64,000 bases of DNA from Camelus ferus (Eukaryota). Below, one piece after another: positions 1 to 12,079 of this stretch (position 1 is the stretch's first letter; each line of letters opens with the position of its first letter). The notes under the pieces are model-generated. The model saw nothing but the letters and a program-made list of their open reading frames with translations, searched no databases and was not told the DNA's origin. Location: positions 61,444,001-61,508,000 of the forward strand of contig NC_045707.1 of the NCBI RefSeq assembly GCF_009834535.1, read 5' to 3'. The position numbers and the translations under genes are program-made.

Positions 1-646
1 TATCTGGATAAATATAATAGACTACTCTTCTCCTCTTGAGTTATTTAAAATATATTTGAGAGTTGAAAACAAAAAGTATAACACTGATGGCATTTTCAGT
101 GTATGTAGATTTAATATGTAAAATAACTATGGGGGAAGATAAAGAGATCTGTACCATGGTAAAGTTTCCAAATTCCAACTGAAGTGGTAAAATATTGATT
201 CTAAATAGACTGTGAAAAGTACATATGTTGTTATCCCTAGGACAACAAGTGAAAAAATTTTTATAAAGAGATACAAAGAAACCATAATAGACAAATTAAA
301 TGAAACAATGAAAAGGGTTTAACGTAAAAGAAGGCATAAAAAGGGAAACAGCAATTAAAAAAAAAAAAAGGAAAAAAAAAATCCAGAAAACAAATCAAAT
401 GGTAGACCTTATTTCAAACACATTTAATAATTAATAATTTTACTAAATGTAAGTGGTCTAAATATATCAATTAAAACAGAGATTGTCAGAATAGATTTAA
501 AAAACATGATCCAACCACATGCTGTCTATAAAAAAAATGGGTTGTTCAAACATAAATTAACAGAAAGCTGAAGTGCCTATATTTATATAGACAAAATAGA
601 CTTCAGTGTAAAAAAAATTGCCAGGGATAAAGAGGGACATTACTTA

Positions 647-980
647 TTTTTTTCCTTCCAGTTTTATTGAGATATAATTGGTATTGCAATGCAATATAAG
701 TTTAAAGTGTACAGCATAATGATTTGACTTATACACATCATGAAATCACCACAAGAAGTTTAGTGAATATCCATCACCTCATATAGACACAAAATAAAAG
801 AAAAAGAAAAAGATATTTTTTTCTTGTGATGAGAACTCTTAGGATTTAGTCTCTTAATAACTTTCAGATATAACTTACAGCAGTGTTAATTATATTTACC
901 ATGTTGTACATTACATCCCTAGTACTTATTTATCTTACAACCACAAGTTAGTTCCTTTTGACTACCTTCATCCAATGCCC
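647..980 (-). mobile_element. 5'-truncated L1 3' end (L1MA-like) nested in the older L1
   Basis: Poly(T) start and TTTTATTGAGATATAATT motif, near-identical to the copy at about 22488. Diverged direct repeats at 630-646 and 981-997 (13/17 identity). Confidence 0.75.
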
Positions 981-1999
981 AAGAGAAACACTACGTATAG
1001 ATAAAATGGTCAAGTCGCCAAGAGCAAGTATAAAATTCTAATTGTATATGCACCGAATAACAGAGTTCCAACACACATGAAAAAACCTGACAGAACTAAA
1101 AGGGAAAAATAGTGAAATCTACAATTATAGCCAGAAACTTCAACATCCTTCTCTCAAAAATTGATAGAATATCTAGACAGAAAATCATTAGGGATGTAGA
1201 AGGACAACCCCATCAACCAACAGAATCGAATTGACATGTATGGAACACTATACCCCAAAATAGCAGAATCACATTCTTTTTAAAGCACCCATAGAATATA
1301 TACCAAAGTAGAACATATCTTAGGCCAAAAACAAACCTAAAAAACTTAAAAGAACTGAAATCCATATGCAGTATGTTCTCTGACTAAAATGGGATCAAAC
1401 TAGAAATCAGAAACAGAAAAGATAACCAAAAAGTTTTAAACCACTTACAATAGTTCCAAAAAAAAAAAAAAAAAAAAAAAACTTAAGAGATAACTCTAAC
1501 AAAACATATACCGAATATATAGTCTGAAAACCACAAAACATTGGTAAAAGAACTCAAAATGTGCCTCCCCAAAATGGAAAAACAAACTGTGTTTATGGAT
1601 TGGCAGACTCGGTATAGTCAATATCCATTCAGATTTATCTATAGCTTTAATACAATTTTTATCAAAATCCCAGAAAGGCTTTTTATAGACATAGACAAGC
1701 TTATTTTAAAACTTACATGGAAAGGCTAGGCACTAGAATAGCTACAACTATATTTTAAAAGTAAAGTAGGAGAATCACTCTACCTGATATTAAGGGTCTT
1801 TTATATAGCCACAGTAACCAAAACAGTGTGGACTGGTGAAGGGACAGACACATAAATCAATGGAACAGAATAGAGAACCCAGAATAGACCCACACAAATA
1901 CGCTCAACTGACTTTTGACAAAAGTGCAAAAGCAATTCAGTGGTGAAAAGATAGTCTTTTCTACAAGTGGTGGTAGAATAGTTGGTCTTCTACATGTAG

Positions 2000-2023
2000 T
2001 CAATCAATCAATCAATCAATCAA
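2000..2023. repeat. (TCAA)n tetranucleotide repeat
   Basis: Six TCAA units visible. Confidence 0.85.
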
Positions 2024-4159
2024 ATAACTTCAACATAAATCTCACATCTTATTCAAAAGTTAACTTAAAATAGATCATAGATCTAAGTGTAAAACTATAA
2101 AACATTTAGAAGAAAATCTAGGAGAAAATCTTCAAACTCAGGTTAGGTGAAGAGTTCTTAGGCACAAAAACAAAAGAACAATCCATAAAAGAAAAAAAAA
2201 TTGATAAGTTGGATTTGATTGTAATTTAAAACTTTGCTTCATGAAAGTCACTGTTAAGAGAATGAAAAGACAAGCTACAGGCTGGGAGAAAATATTTTCA
2301 AATCACTTATCAATCAAAGAATTTACACCTATGATGTATAAAAAACTCTCAAAACTCAAAATAAAGAGTTCAACTCAAAAATGGGCAAAGGATTTGAACA
2401 GACACTTCACCAAAGAGGACATAATGAGAGCAAATAGCATGAGAAAAGATGTTCCACATCAGTAGCCATTAGGAGAATGCAAATTAAGAGCAAGATGAGA
2501 TACCACCATACATCAATCAGAAAGACTAAAATAAAAATGGCAACAATACCAAGTGCTCATGAGAAAACAAAGCAAACGCATTGCTGGTGGGAATGAGAAA
2601 TGGTACAACCATTGTGGAAACAAATTTGGCATTTATGTACAATGTTCAACACATGTTTGCCATAAGATCCAGCAGTCTCATTTCTGAGTATTTACCCTAG
2701 AGAAGGAAAAACATCCACACAAATGTTTATAGGATCTCTGTTCACAATTGCCCAAAACTGGAAAGAGCTCAGATGTCTTTCAATGAGTGAATGGATCAAT
2801 AGACTGTGGTACATCTTTGTAATGGAATACTACTCAGCAAGGAAAGAATGAACTATCAATATATACAATAACTTGGATGAATCGCAAAGGATCATGTGAA
2901 CAAAAGAAGCCAGTCTTCAAAGGTTACAAACTACATGATTCCATTCAAATGACTTTCTCAGAAAGACAAAACAAAAATGGTGAAAACAGCTTGGAGCTTG
3001 CCAGAATTAGCAGTGGAAGGAAAGTGTGGCTATCCTTATAAAGGGATAACACAAGGGAGTGTTTTTCTGGTGTGATCGAACTGTTTTGTATCTGGAGTGG
3101 TGAGATAACTTGAATCTATATATATATATTAAAACTCATAGAACTTTAAATAAAAACATTTTAAAATAATAGTTTTTTACTTTATAATATAATTTCTTAT
3201 TTTAATTGCCTATCTTCTTAGACTGTAAGTTCAAAGAGGAAATAATGCTCTCTCCTTTTCATTTTATCCCCCTGTGGGGTGCAATATCTGCACACATTTA
3301 CTACTAAATAAATATTTGTTGATTAGTGAAATGAAAGAGTTTTTATTGGCATTTTAATGGAGAACCAGGAGAAGATTTGTTGGAACCTACTGGTTAGATG
3401 CTATTTTAAACTGGAGGTTCCTCAACCATATCTTTTGACAGGGTGATATTGCCCTAGGTTTTTCTATTTCTTCATTTTATATTCACTTTCAACCCCTAGA
3501 AATCTGGTTGCTACCCTAACTATTCCTCTGAAACCTCTTTCAGTTCCCTAGTGATCTTCATATTATCAATTCAGTCAGCATATTTTAACGAAACGGTACC
3601 ATAAGGTACCCTCTTCTTGTTCCTTTCCTGCTGTTTCCTCCATTCTCTTTCAGTATTTCTCACTGGGTTTTTTTTCCCATCTTAGGATTCTATTCTTGGT
3701 GTACTACTCTTCTCTCCTTGTACTTGAGCGTGTTTTAACTGAGCGAGTTCTTTCTTTTTCCACATTTTTAGTCTTATCTATATGTTAATGATTCTGAGAT
3801 ACAGCCCTGATTGGTAGCTTAAATTTACTAGTTTTATCTCTCAGATGGTAAACAGGGATTTAAAGCTAATAATGATCAAAGCTGAACCCACTGTTTTCCA
3901 TAGCTTCCTTTCTTCACATAATTCATATCTCAATAACTTGCTCCATTAGCCACCCAAACCACAAACCTGATATTTATATTAGATTCTTCTTTTTTCTAAT
4001 TACCATATCAAGTTAGTCTCCAAGACTTGCTAATTTTACTCCATAAACACTAATCAAATTTGTCTCTTTATTTATCTTACAAATATCCCAAAATGAGCCT
4101 AATCTCTCCTCTGAACTGTAACAGAAAACTTCAAACTGATTTGCTTTCCTTAGATTTTG

Positions 4160-6430
4160 TACTTTTTTTTTGAAACTTTAAAAAAATGTAAAAAAAATTT
4201 TAACTTACAAAAAAGTTGCAATACAGTACAAATAACTTTTATTTTGAACTGTTTTAATGCAAGTTGCCAATATGACACCTCATTATCCCAGGGTACTTAA
4301 TATTTCTTACAAACAAGGACGTTCTTCTGTGTAACCATAATCCAACCATCAAAAGCATGACATTAACATTGCTTCTACCATCTAGTCTGTAGAACTCAGT
4401 TTTTGCCACTTGTGCCAACAGTGTCCTTTACAGCAGAAAACTCATGTTCAGAATCACGTATTACATTAGGTTTTCATGTCTATTTTCATTGGTCTGGGAC
4501 AGTTCTTCATTCTCAATTTGACATTCAGGATCCTGACATTTGTGAAGGTAATAAGCCCATTATTTTGTGGAGAAATCCTCAGTTTTTTAAACAAATCTGC
4601 AGTTTCGGCTTGTTGATGCTTCCCTGAGGTTGGATTAGGTTGTGCATCTTTGGTGGGAACACCACAGAAGTGATGCTGTGCTCTTCTTGTTGTAGCCTCT
4701 CAGGTGGTGCAGGGTTTCAGATCTGGTATTTCCTGTTACTGGTGATGACCAGTTTGATCATTTTATCAGGTTGTGTCCGCCAGGCTAATCCATTGGTAAG
4801 TTACTCTTTCCCCTTAGTAATTAAGTATTTCTGTGGGGAGTTACTTCAGAACTATGTGAATACACTGTTCTTCATCAAACATTTAATTTATTCATTTATT
4901 AATTTATATCAGTATGAGTCATAGTTTCCAGTTTTATCCAATGAGTTGTAATTGACTGCTAGTATCATTATTTTGGTGGTCAAACTGTCCCAGATTGGAC
5001 CAGTAAGAGCCCTTTAAGATGGCTTCTATGTCCTTGTCTGTCCTTTTTGTCACATGTCCGCATTACTCTTTGAGCACTTCTTTGCTTTCAAGGACGAAAA
5101 GACGTTCTGGGTTTATCTTATATTTCCCCTGCCCCAGCCCTGGAATCTGACCTTTTTCCAATGAGCTGGTTCCCTTTAGTGCAGACTAGAACTTAGGAAC
5201 CAACATCTTCTGGGTGCTAGTTGTGCTCATTGCTTGCAGGGAGGCACTGTTCCAAGGTCATCTCAGAGCTAGGGAATATATGTATGTAGATACATACATA
5301 TACAAATATTCACATCTATGTTTATATTTATTGAAACCTTGAAGTTTCAGTACCTCTAATTCCAAATAATCACCACAAGATTCATGCTTGTTTTCTTCCT
5401 TTGCATATTTGTACTCCATTCTCTGACAGTGAGAAAAACCAGCTCCATTGTCCTTCATCTATTTACATATTTGATCAAACCTCCAGTATGGTTCCAATCA
5501 CCCATCACAGCTTCTGCTCCCTCCCCTACATGGGTGCCCTCTTTGTCCTGCTTGGGCTCTGACACTCCACATCAGGGTGGTAGAGTTGCCAGGTTTAGCA
5601 AATAAAAATATAGGATGCTTTGTTATATTCAAGTTTCAGAAAACAACAAATCCTTTTTGGTATAAATACATCCCATGCAATATTTTATACTAAAAATATG
5701 TGTTATCTAAAATTCAAATTTAACTGGGTGCCCTATATTTAATCTGTCAACCTTCAGTCTGATCCTCCACTTGGACACCCCTCCCACCCTGCTCAGACTC
5801 TGAAACCTAGCTTTGGGTTTCTCCAAAGTGTAGATTCCCTTCTTACCCTACGAGGGCGCTTACCCCTCCATTGCCAAGCCATCTCACCCAGTTTGGACTC
5901 TGACACTTCATCTGAGGTTACCCTAAAATATGGATGCCCCCTTATCTGCTTAGTTTTTAATACCTCTCTCCAGGCCACCCCTATATATGAATCCTCTCCA
6001 TTCTTCTTGGGCTCCAGCAGCGTTTCAGACCATACCGCCATGGATGCCTTCCTCACCTGCTCAGACCCTGATGCTCTATGTCAGGCTTCTCCCTCCCACC
6101 CCATGTGGATGTTCTCTGCACCTCGCTTGGACTCTGATACCACACACTGAGTCACCCCCGCCTGAACATCCCTTTATCGTGATCTGTCTGAAACCCCAAG
6201 CCTGACCTCATGCATGGACACTTGCCTCACTCCATGAGGGCTCTAACTTCCCATTTAAGGCCAGACCCCCTGCAGACACTGTTCTCACCCTGCTTGGGCT
6301 GTCTCCCCATGCCCACGGCATCATGTGTGGATCCCTTGTCATCTTGCTTAGGTTCTAACATGTCACATCTGGATGCCCTCTGTGTGGGTGCCTACCTTTT
6401 TCTGACCTACCTAATGGCTTTAGGGCTGAA
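4160..6430 (-). mobile_element. Old L1M (L1MC-like) 3' fragments including a degenerate ~60-65-bp unit array
   Basis: Typical antisense L1M 3' motifs plus recurring TGGATGCC...CTGCTTGGGCTCTGAC units. Confidence 0.55.
5582..5754. mobile_element. MER53-like palindromic hAT MITE
   Basis: Ends AGAGTTGCCAGGTTTAGCAAATAAAAATATAGGA and AAATTCAAATTTAACTGGGTGCCCTATATTTAATCTGTCAACC match the recalled MER53 consensus. The two halves are imperfectly self-complementary. Confidence 0.75.
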
Positions 6431-7127
6431 CTTTTCAGGAAGTGAAAGAAAAGAGGAAAAGGAAGAGTAAGACTTTGCATCTCAATTCAAGTGAAGCGAG
6501 GGAAGAAATGTTACAATACAGTCACCCCAGCGTGGCATTATAATGAAATTTTTCACTAGTTTCTTCAACACAAAAGCATAATACGCCTCTACCACATATA
6601 TTCCAGGTATAGTTCTACTTTTGGGTTACATGCTCTCGTGTTTGGAAAAACTAAAAGAAGAATTTAATTAAACATATTTTCAGCTTTTATCTTTTGAATG
6701 TTCTTGGGGGAAAAATTTAAAATAAAAGGTTATCAAACGTTTGCTACTTTACTTCTTTTCTCTTTAAGGATGTTTTGGAATATCCCATCCTTTAGAGCAG
6801 TCATTCTCAAACTGGCTGCTATTTGAAGAATTAACTGTGAAGCTTTTTCAGGGTATAAACAACCGTTAGTTCTCATTCCTTCTTTCAGACATTCTAGTAT
6901 GTCCTTAGGGGCAGGAATAGAGGTCAGAGAGGGCAGAAAAGGCTGCACAGTTTAGAAAAGTCTAAAGACAATACTATTTGCTACCACCTTTGACAATTTA
7001 ACGATACCATTCTGATCAAAGGAACAATATTAACGTGACAATGAAAGACTCGCGTTCACCACTTCATGTTCCTGCCATCCAGTGCATCATGGATTTTCTC
7101 ATGTTTCAGTTATTCTCTTTATCTTAC

Positions 7128-7213
7128 TGCATAGGAAATCTGTGCATCTGTCATGGCTGCCACAATGAGAACAAATTACTCCTCGTATATAAGGCCTTCT
7201 CTCCAGAGCTCCT
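7128..7213 (-). CDS. GLIPR1L2: GLIPR1L2 coding exon 4 (further exons presumably left of the window)
   Basis: CTTTTTTGTAG acceptor, GTAAGA donor, 86 nt: (G)GALERRPYIRGVICSHCGSHDRCTDFLC(S). Phase matches exon 3. Confidence 0.93.
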
Positions 7214-9849
7214 CTACAAAAAAGCAGAAAACGTTTAGTTAGAAAAAATCTCAAACTTTACGTAGTTTAAATAATATGGTTACCAATATTTAGTTAATTT
7301 ATAAAAGTTATTTAATTTTAAAAAATGGACTCAAGGAAGTACTTAAATTAGACATGCCATCTTCCACCTCTTTTTTCCCCCAGAAAAGTCTTCTGAAATG
7401 AATTCCCCAAGACTTTGAAACAAAGTATTGTAATTTAAATATGAGTGAGTTTTAAAGCTTCTTTTATTTTAGTTTGTAGCAAAAGTTTCCTTTAAAAATG
7501 GATGTTAAAGAATGTTTTGTAATTAATTGCTTTTTGGTTGGCACAACTGTATAAAAAGATACAGAAATGATATATTAATTTTCTAAAGTGTTTGCAAAAT
7601 CCTGAAATGCCTATTGTTCCAAAAACCTAGCTGCATGGACTATTTTGAGGTCTACATGAAAAATACATAAGTATATAAACAAGCAAATACATGTAAATGG
7701 GATTTTACAAAGTTGTTTTAATCCACTGTACAGAGCACAGGGGAGAAGTAAGAAATTATTACATCAATTGCCCAGAGCTAAGTTAGGAAAAGAAGTCTCA
7801 AAATAGATATGAATTGGGAAGCTTATTTTAAAAATCTAGAATAAGAAAGAGAAGATAGGTAGGGAAAAGATATTTTTGAGAGAGGAGAGGGTCATTGATC
7901 GTGGTTATTTAAATAAGACTGCTGTTTACTCACTGTATAGTTGTAAACTATAAAAACAAACATTAGGCATTAAGTCCCTGGTTAGGCCTCTCTGGGTCAT
8001 CTGGAAGAATGGTCAAACCTTAGAAATACATATTCAAAAAACCACAACATCAAATTTCTGAGTCATATCTTAGAAGTTTTTGGTGATATCCAAAAAGGTA
8101 TCTGATACCCTCAATCAGCAAGCTTTCAAGTACTTCACACATATACAGAGATCTGTTATTTGCAGATCATACATCATTCTCTAATTTCACTGTTCCATAA
8201 TCAAATCATTTCAAGGAGGAACTGAATTTTGTTTAGATCTCAGCCAGAACGTTAGCCTTCAAGAAATTCAAGAATTGATTCAGTCACCTTTACCTGTACA
8301 CTCTTCTACTTTTGCTGCGCTAACACTTTATCAATGAAACGGATGCCTCCAACACAAAAGCAGAACTCATCCTGTCTTAAGACCCCAGGGATGGAGGACC
8401 TCTGCTCTGCACCTATGCAAAAAAGCTACTCAGTATAAAGACCTCCTTTAAAACCCAGAGCATAGGCCAGTCACCCTGTGATCATGTCTGATAACTGAGG
8501 CCTGGAATAACTCTGGAAGGCAAATAAACTAGTAAATATATAAAGAAATACATTAATTAATCATAATAAACAAATTCACACTGTGCTAGAATACAATGGG
8601 CCCTCTTTTTCAAAGATACAAATTTTATGTAACTATTTTACATAACTATTTGTATTAGGTAGCCAGAAATGCCAAGCAAATACTCTCTCATGTTAATCTT
8701 CCTCTTGTTCTGAGTTCCTAAAAAGCTTAACTTAGAGCAACTTGAGTCTGAATCTATACTTCCACAACTGCAATTGGAATTATTGGGCTGGATTAGGAGG
8801 AAACAACATGTAAGTATCTATATCTAGCAAAATCCACTGAAATCGCACAAGTGCCCTGGCAGTGCCTGAAGAAACAGATAATAGTCTCTATCTTTAGGGA
8901 TTCGCCTTTTCCAAGAAGAAACCCAGTGGTTTGTTGAGACCAAGTTGTGACTCTGAATGTTGTTTTCTGGAACTTTTCTTAGACTCACATCTGGCCATAT
9001 ATTCAGTACATTGCCACCTAGAGAACACATGTCCAGGCCCTAGGTAAGGGCATGTGCCTGGGTGGCCTGATGGGTAACTACTCCCATGTCAAACCCTAAG
9101 TCCAGCAGAAGACCACCATTCACATTTTGTAATAGGTGTACACTGTTGCAGAGTGGGAACACAATTCTGTGGTGATGGAAACTTTCATTGCTTGCCAGTC
9201 TGTTCATGAAGGCGGTAATCCACCTCCATGAATGGACAACTAGCAATTACAATTTGTAGGTAGATTCTTCATTTCAAAGTTCTCCAAGTGCAGACTCACA
9301 TAGTCTGTCTATTGTCCATAGACCGATGGCCAGAGTACATCAAACAGATGTTGATTTTTCCATCTTACACAACCAGAATAAGCCACCTACAGTAACTTTT
9401 CCCACTTTTACTACCTCCATATACCACTGAGAAATACCATGGTGCTGGCTTCTGGTTCACATCTGGACATCTACAGGTTCTCCAACCAGACTTAAATTAC
9501 ATGTCCCAATAAGCTAGAGAAAAATACAGTGCAATAAGCAGCAAAGGAGGTTACTTTTTAGGGATTCAGTCTGGCTCTCCTTCTGATCCACCTATATATT
9601 TGTTTTTGCCGAAAACTCCATGGCTACTTTTTGGACCTATTCAAGATCAAAGAAGGCATGGATCCTTTTGTTTTCTGCCTCAAATTATCCCTGTATGTGC
9701 AAAGCTATCTCACTTTATATCACTTTCCGTAAAAATCAGTTGGTCACATCCCCTCCCTTCACTTCCACATCTTGCACCTAAAGGATTAGGGATCACAGTT
9801 AAACACCAGTAAAGCTCCTTTGAGGCTGATATTACTCAGCTGTACCATC

Positions 9850-11600
9850 CTCTGATCCTCCTCAAGATACCGTCTTCCTTCTGATCATGCCTCCTTATTC
9901 ACTCTGGTATCTGCCTCACCATTTTTCTTTTCAGTCAAACTTGTGCCATTGTCTACAAACTTGGGACCTAGATGATTACAATATGCTTATGGATAATTCA
10001 TCCAGGAACTTGGTCTCTATGTTACTGAATGCCTTCATCATCACAGAACTTCCCAATATGCCCTAAGTGTCACTTCTGTAGCCACACTCTTGTTATCTCC
10101 TAGAACCGCTCCACTTCTGAACTCACAAAATCGCACATTCCACTCTCTGACCGCAACCTCCTCTCCTCCCAGGTTGCTAACTCCTTTTACTCCTGTTACA
10201 CTTGTCCATTAATCACACTGGTTCCACAAGTCTACTTTCTCTCCCATTTTCTCCCCATCCATCGTGTTGTCTCCTCTCACTCCAGCCTAGGTCCATTGCT
10301 TTGCATACTGTCTAGTTTCAGCCCTGAAACTCTCTTGCACTGTTTTCCTTTACATGCACCTGACAGAAACCTGACGGCATTGGAAGAAATGAAGGCATCT
10401 TACTGTTTGCATGCTCTGTGTCTGCTTCAGGGCTGCTGGAGGAAAACCATTAAACTAGGTAAAGAATATGTCTATCATTCTCCAATTAGCTTCCTCTCTC
10501 ATTTTCTATAATAACTATTTCAAATCTTCCCAGTCCTCAAAATTCCAGTTTCACCGTCTCCCCTTTTAATCTCAAGACATCATCTATTCTACATCACAGA
10601 GAAACATAATGGTCCTTAGACTGGAACTTGAGAAATATTTTGTCACTAAATATGACAAATACACCTACCCTCTCTTTTCTTCTTTTCTAAAACAGCCGGA
10701 GAACTGCTCCTCATTCTTCCTAAGGCTAATCACTTTTGTACACTTCCATCTTCTCAGGGACTTGTATCTTTACATACACCCTGCCTTTATTCTTTATAAA
10801 GGATTACTTTCATTCTGTATTAGATCCTTCATTTCAATATTTAAATATGCTCACATCTTTCCCATTTTAAAAACAAAACAAAACAGAAATAGCAACAGTC
10901 CTCAACTCATTCCAATCTGTTATCAAGTTTCCTCTACTCCACAGAAATGGCTTCTCCTGCGTTGATCAATGAACTTCTCTTTAAATCTGATATTTTTAAG
11001 TCCTGAATTTGCTTGACCTCTTAGAATTTGAAATTTTGGACAACTTCTTCCTTTGAAAAACATTCTATCTCCCACACCTTCTATGACACCATGCTCTTTT
11101 GTTTTTTCTTCTACCTGCCTGGCCATTTTTCTTAGGTTACATCTCCCACTGTATCTTCTACTAACTGCCTGTAAGTGTTGGCACAACATTCCACAGGCCC
11201 TCTTCTCTTCTAGATTCTCTTGTTAAATAAGCAATCTCATCAAGTCCCATGATTTAAATTACCTATGTATTCTGGCACTCCAAATATTTGTTCTATGCCA
11301 TTCCTCACTCATGAGCTTCTGATCTATATAACCACCTGCTTACTAACCATCTCAAAGTGAGTATTTCACAGCCAGCTCCACTTCATTATGTTCAAAATGG
11401 AACTCATCATCTTCCCTCCCAAAAGGTTCAGTGTCCCTCTTTGCAGTTAATGCCAATACCTTTATGCCTGAGTCATAAACTTGAAAATTTCCCTTGACTA
11501 TTTCTTCTCTCTCATTACTTAATACAATGACCTACAAATCCTGTTTTTCAAACCCCTCAGGATGTCTGAAATGTCTTAAATACTTCTCTCATCTCAATCC
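9850..11600 (+). mobile_element. LINE-2 fragments
   Basis: C/T-rich degenerate L2 motifs (CCACTCTCTGACCGCAACCTCCT, TCCCATGATTTAAATTACC, GAACTCATCATCTTCCCTCCC). Confidence 0.65.
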
Positions 11601-11700
11601 AAATATCCCTTGCTCATGTAAAAGATAAACAAAAGTAATACATATATAATATTTGTAAGTAAGCATATGGTAGAAAGGAGGAAGCAGAAAAGGAACTCTT

Positions 11701-12046
11701 TTTTTCCCCCCAACAAGATGGGCAATGATTTATTAAGATCACCAAAAATAATATTTTACAGAAAGGAAACCATAACATTACACAACAAAGTATAGCTGTA
11801 AAATCTCAAACATTCAGGCACTGCTTTATTTAATTCATCAAAAATAAGGTTTTAAGGAAAAGGAACTGTAACAAGCAAATGTATAGCTGCAAATTTTCTT
11901 TTGCCATCAACATGAATTCCCTCTAAAATATTTTGGGACTACTTTGCGGTTTCCAAGCAAAACTAAAATTTGTTGGGCAGTTGCTCAGCCTCACCGTAAG
12001 AATGAAAACAGTTTTCAGAACAATTCTGTTTAATGCTAACAAATAA

Positions 12047-12079
<33 letters not shown>

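Larger units (their letters stand above)
1..3170 (+). mobile_element. Old LINE-1 (ORF2 remnants and 3' end)
   Basis: A-rich with ORF2-like peptides (KRQATGWEKIFSNH, QKWAKDLNRHFTKED, FRFIYSFNTIFIKIP) and an L1M-type 3'UTR. Confidence 0.85.

Noticed and set aside
2241..2465. Short ORFs such as 2241-2465, 23328-23672, 30000-30191, 44223-44474 and 54200-54385 as genes
   Set aside because: They are decayed LINE-1 ORF2 fragments.
5525..6410. CRISPR-like repeat-spacer appearance
   Set aside because: The context is mammalian, the units are highly degenerate with no identical repeats or unique spacers, and there are no cas genes.
1..7000. GLIPR1L2 exons 5-6
   Set aside because: No sequence encoding the expected DRDQ-type microexon or the transmembrane/Glu-rich tail was found. 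The region is mostly L1, so these exons are presumably outside the window.
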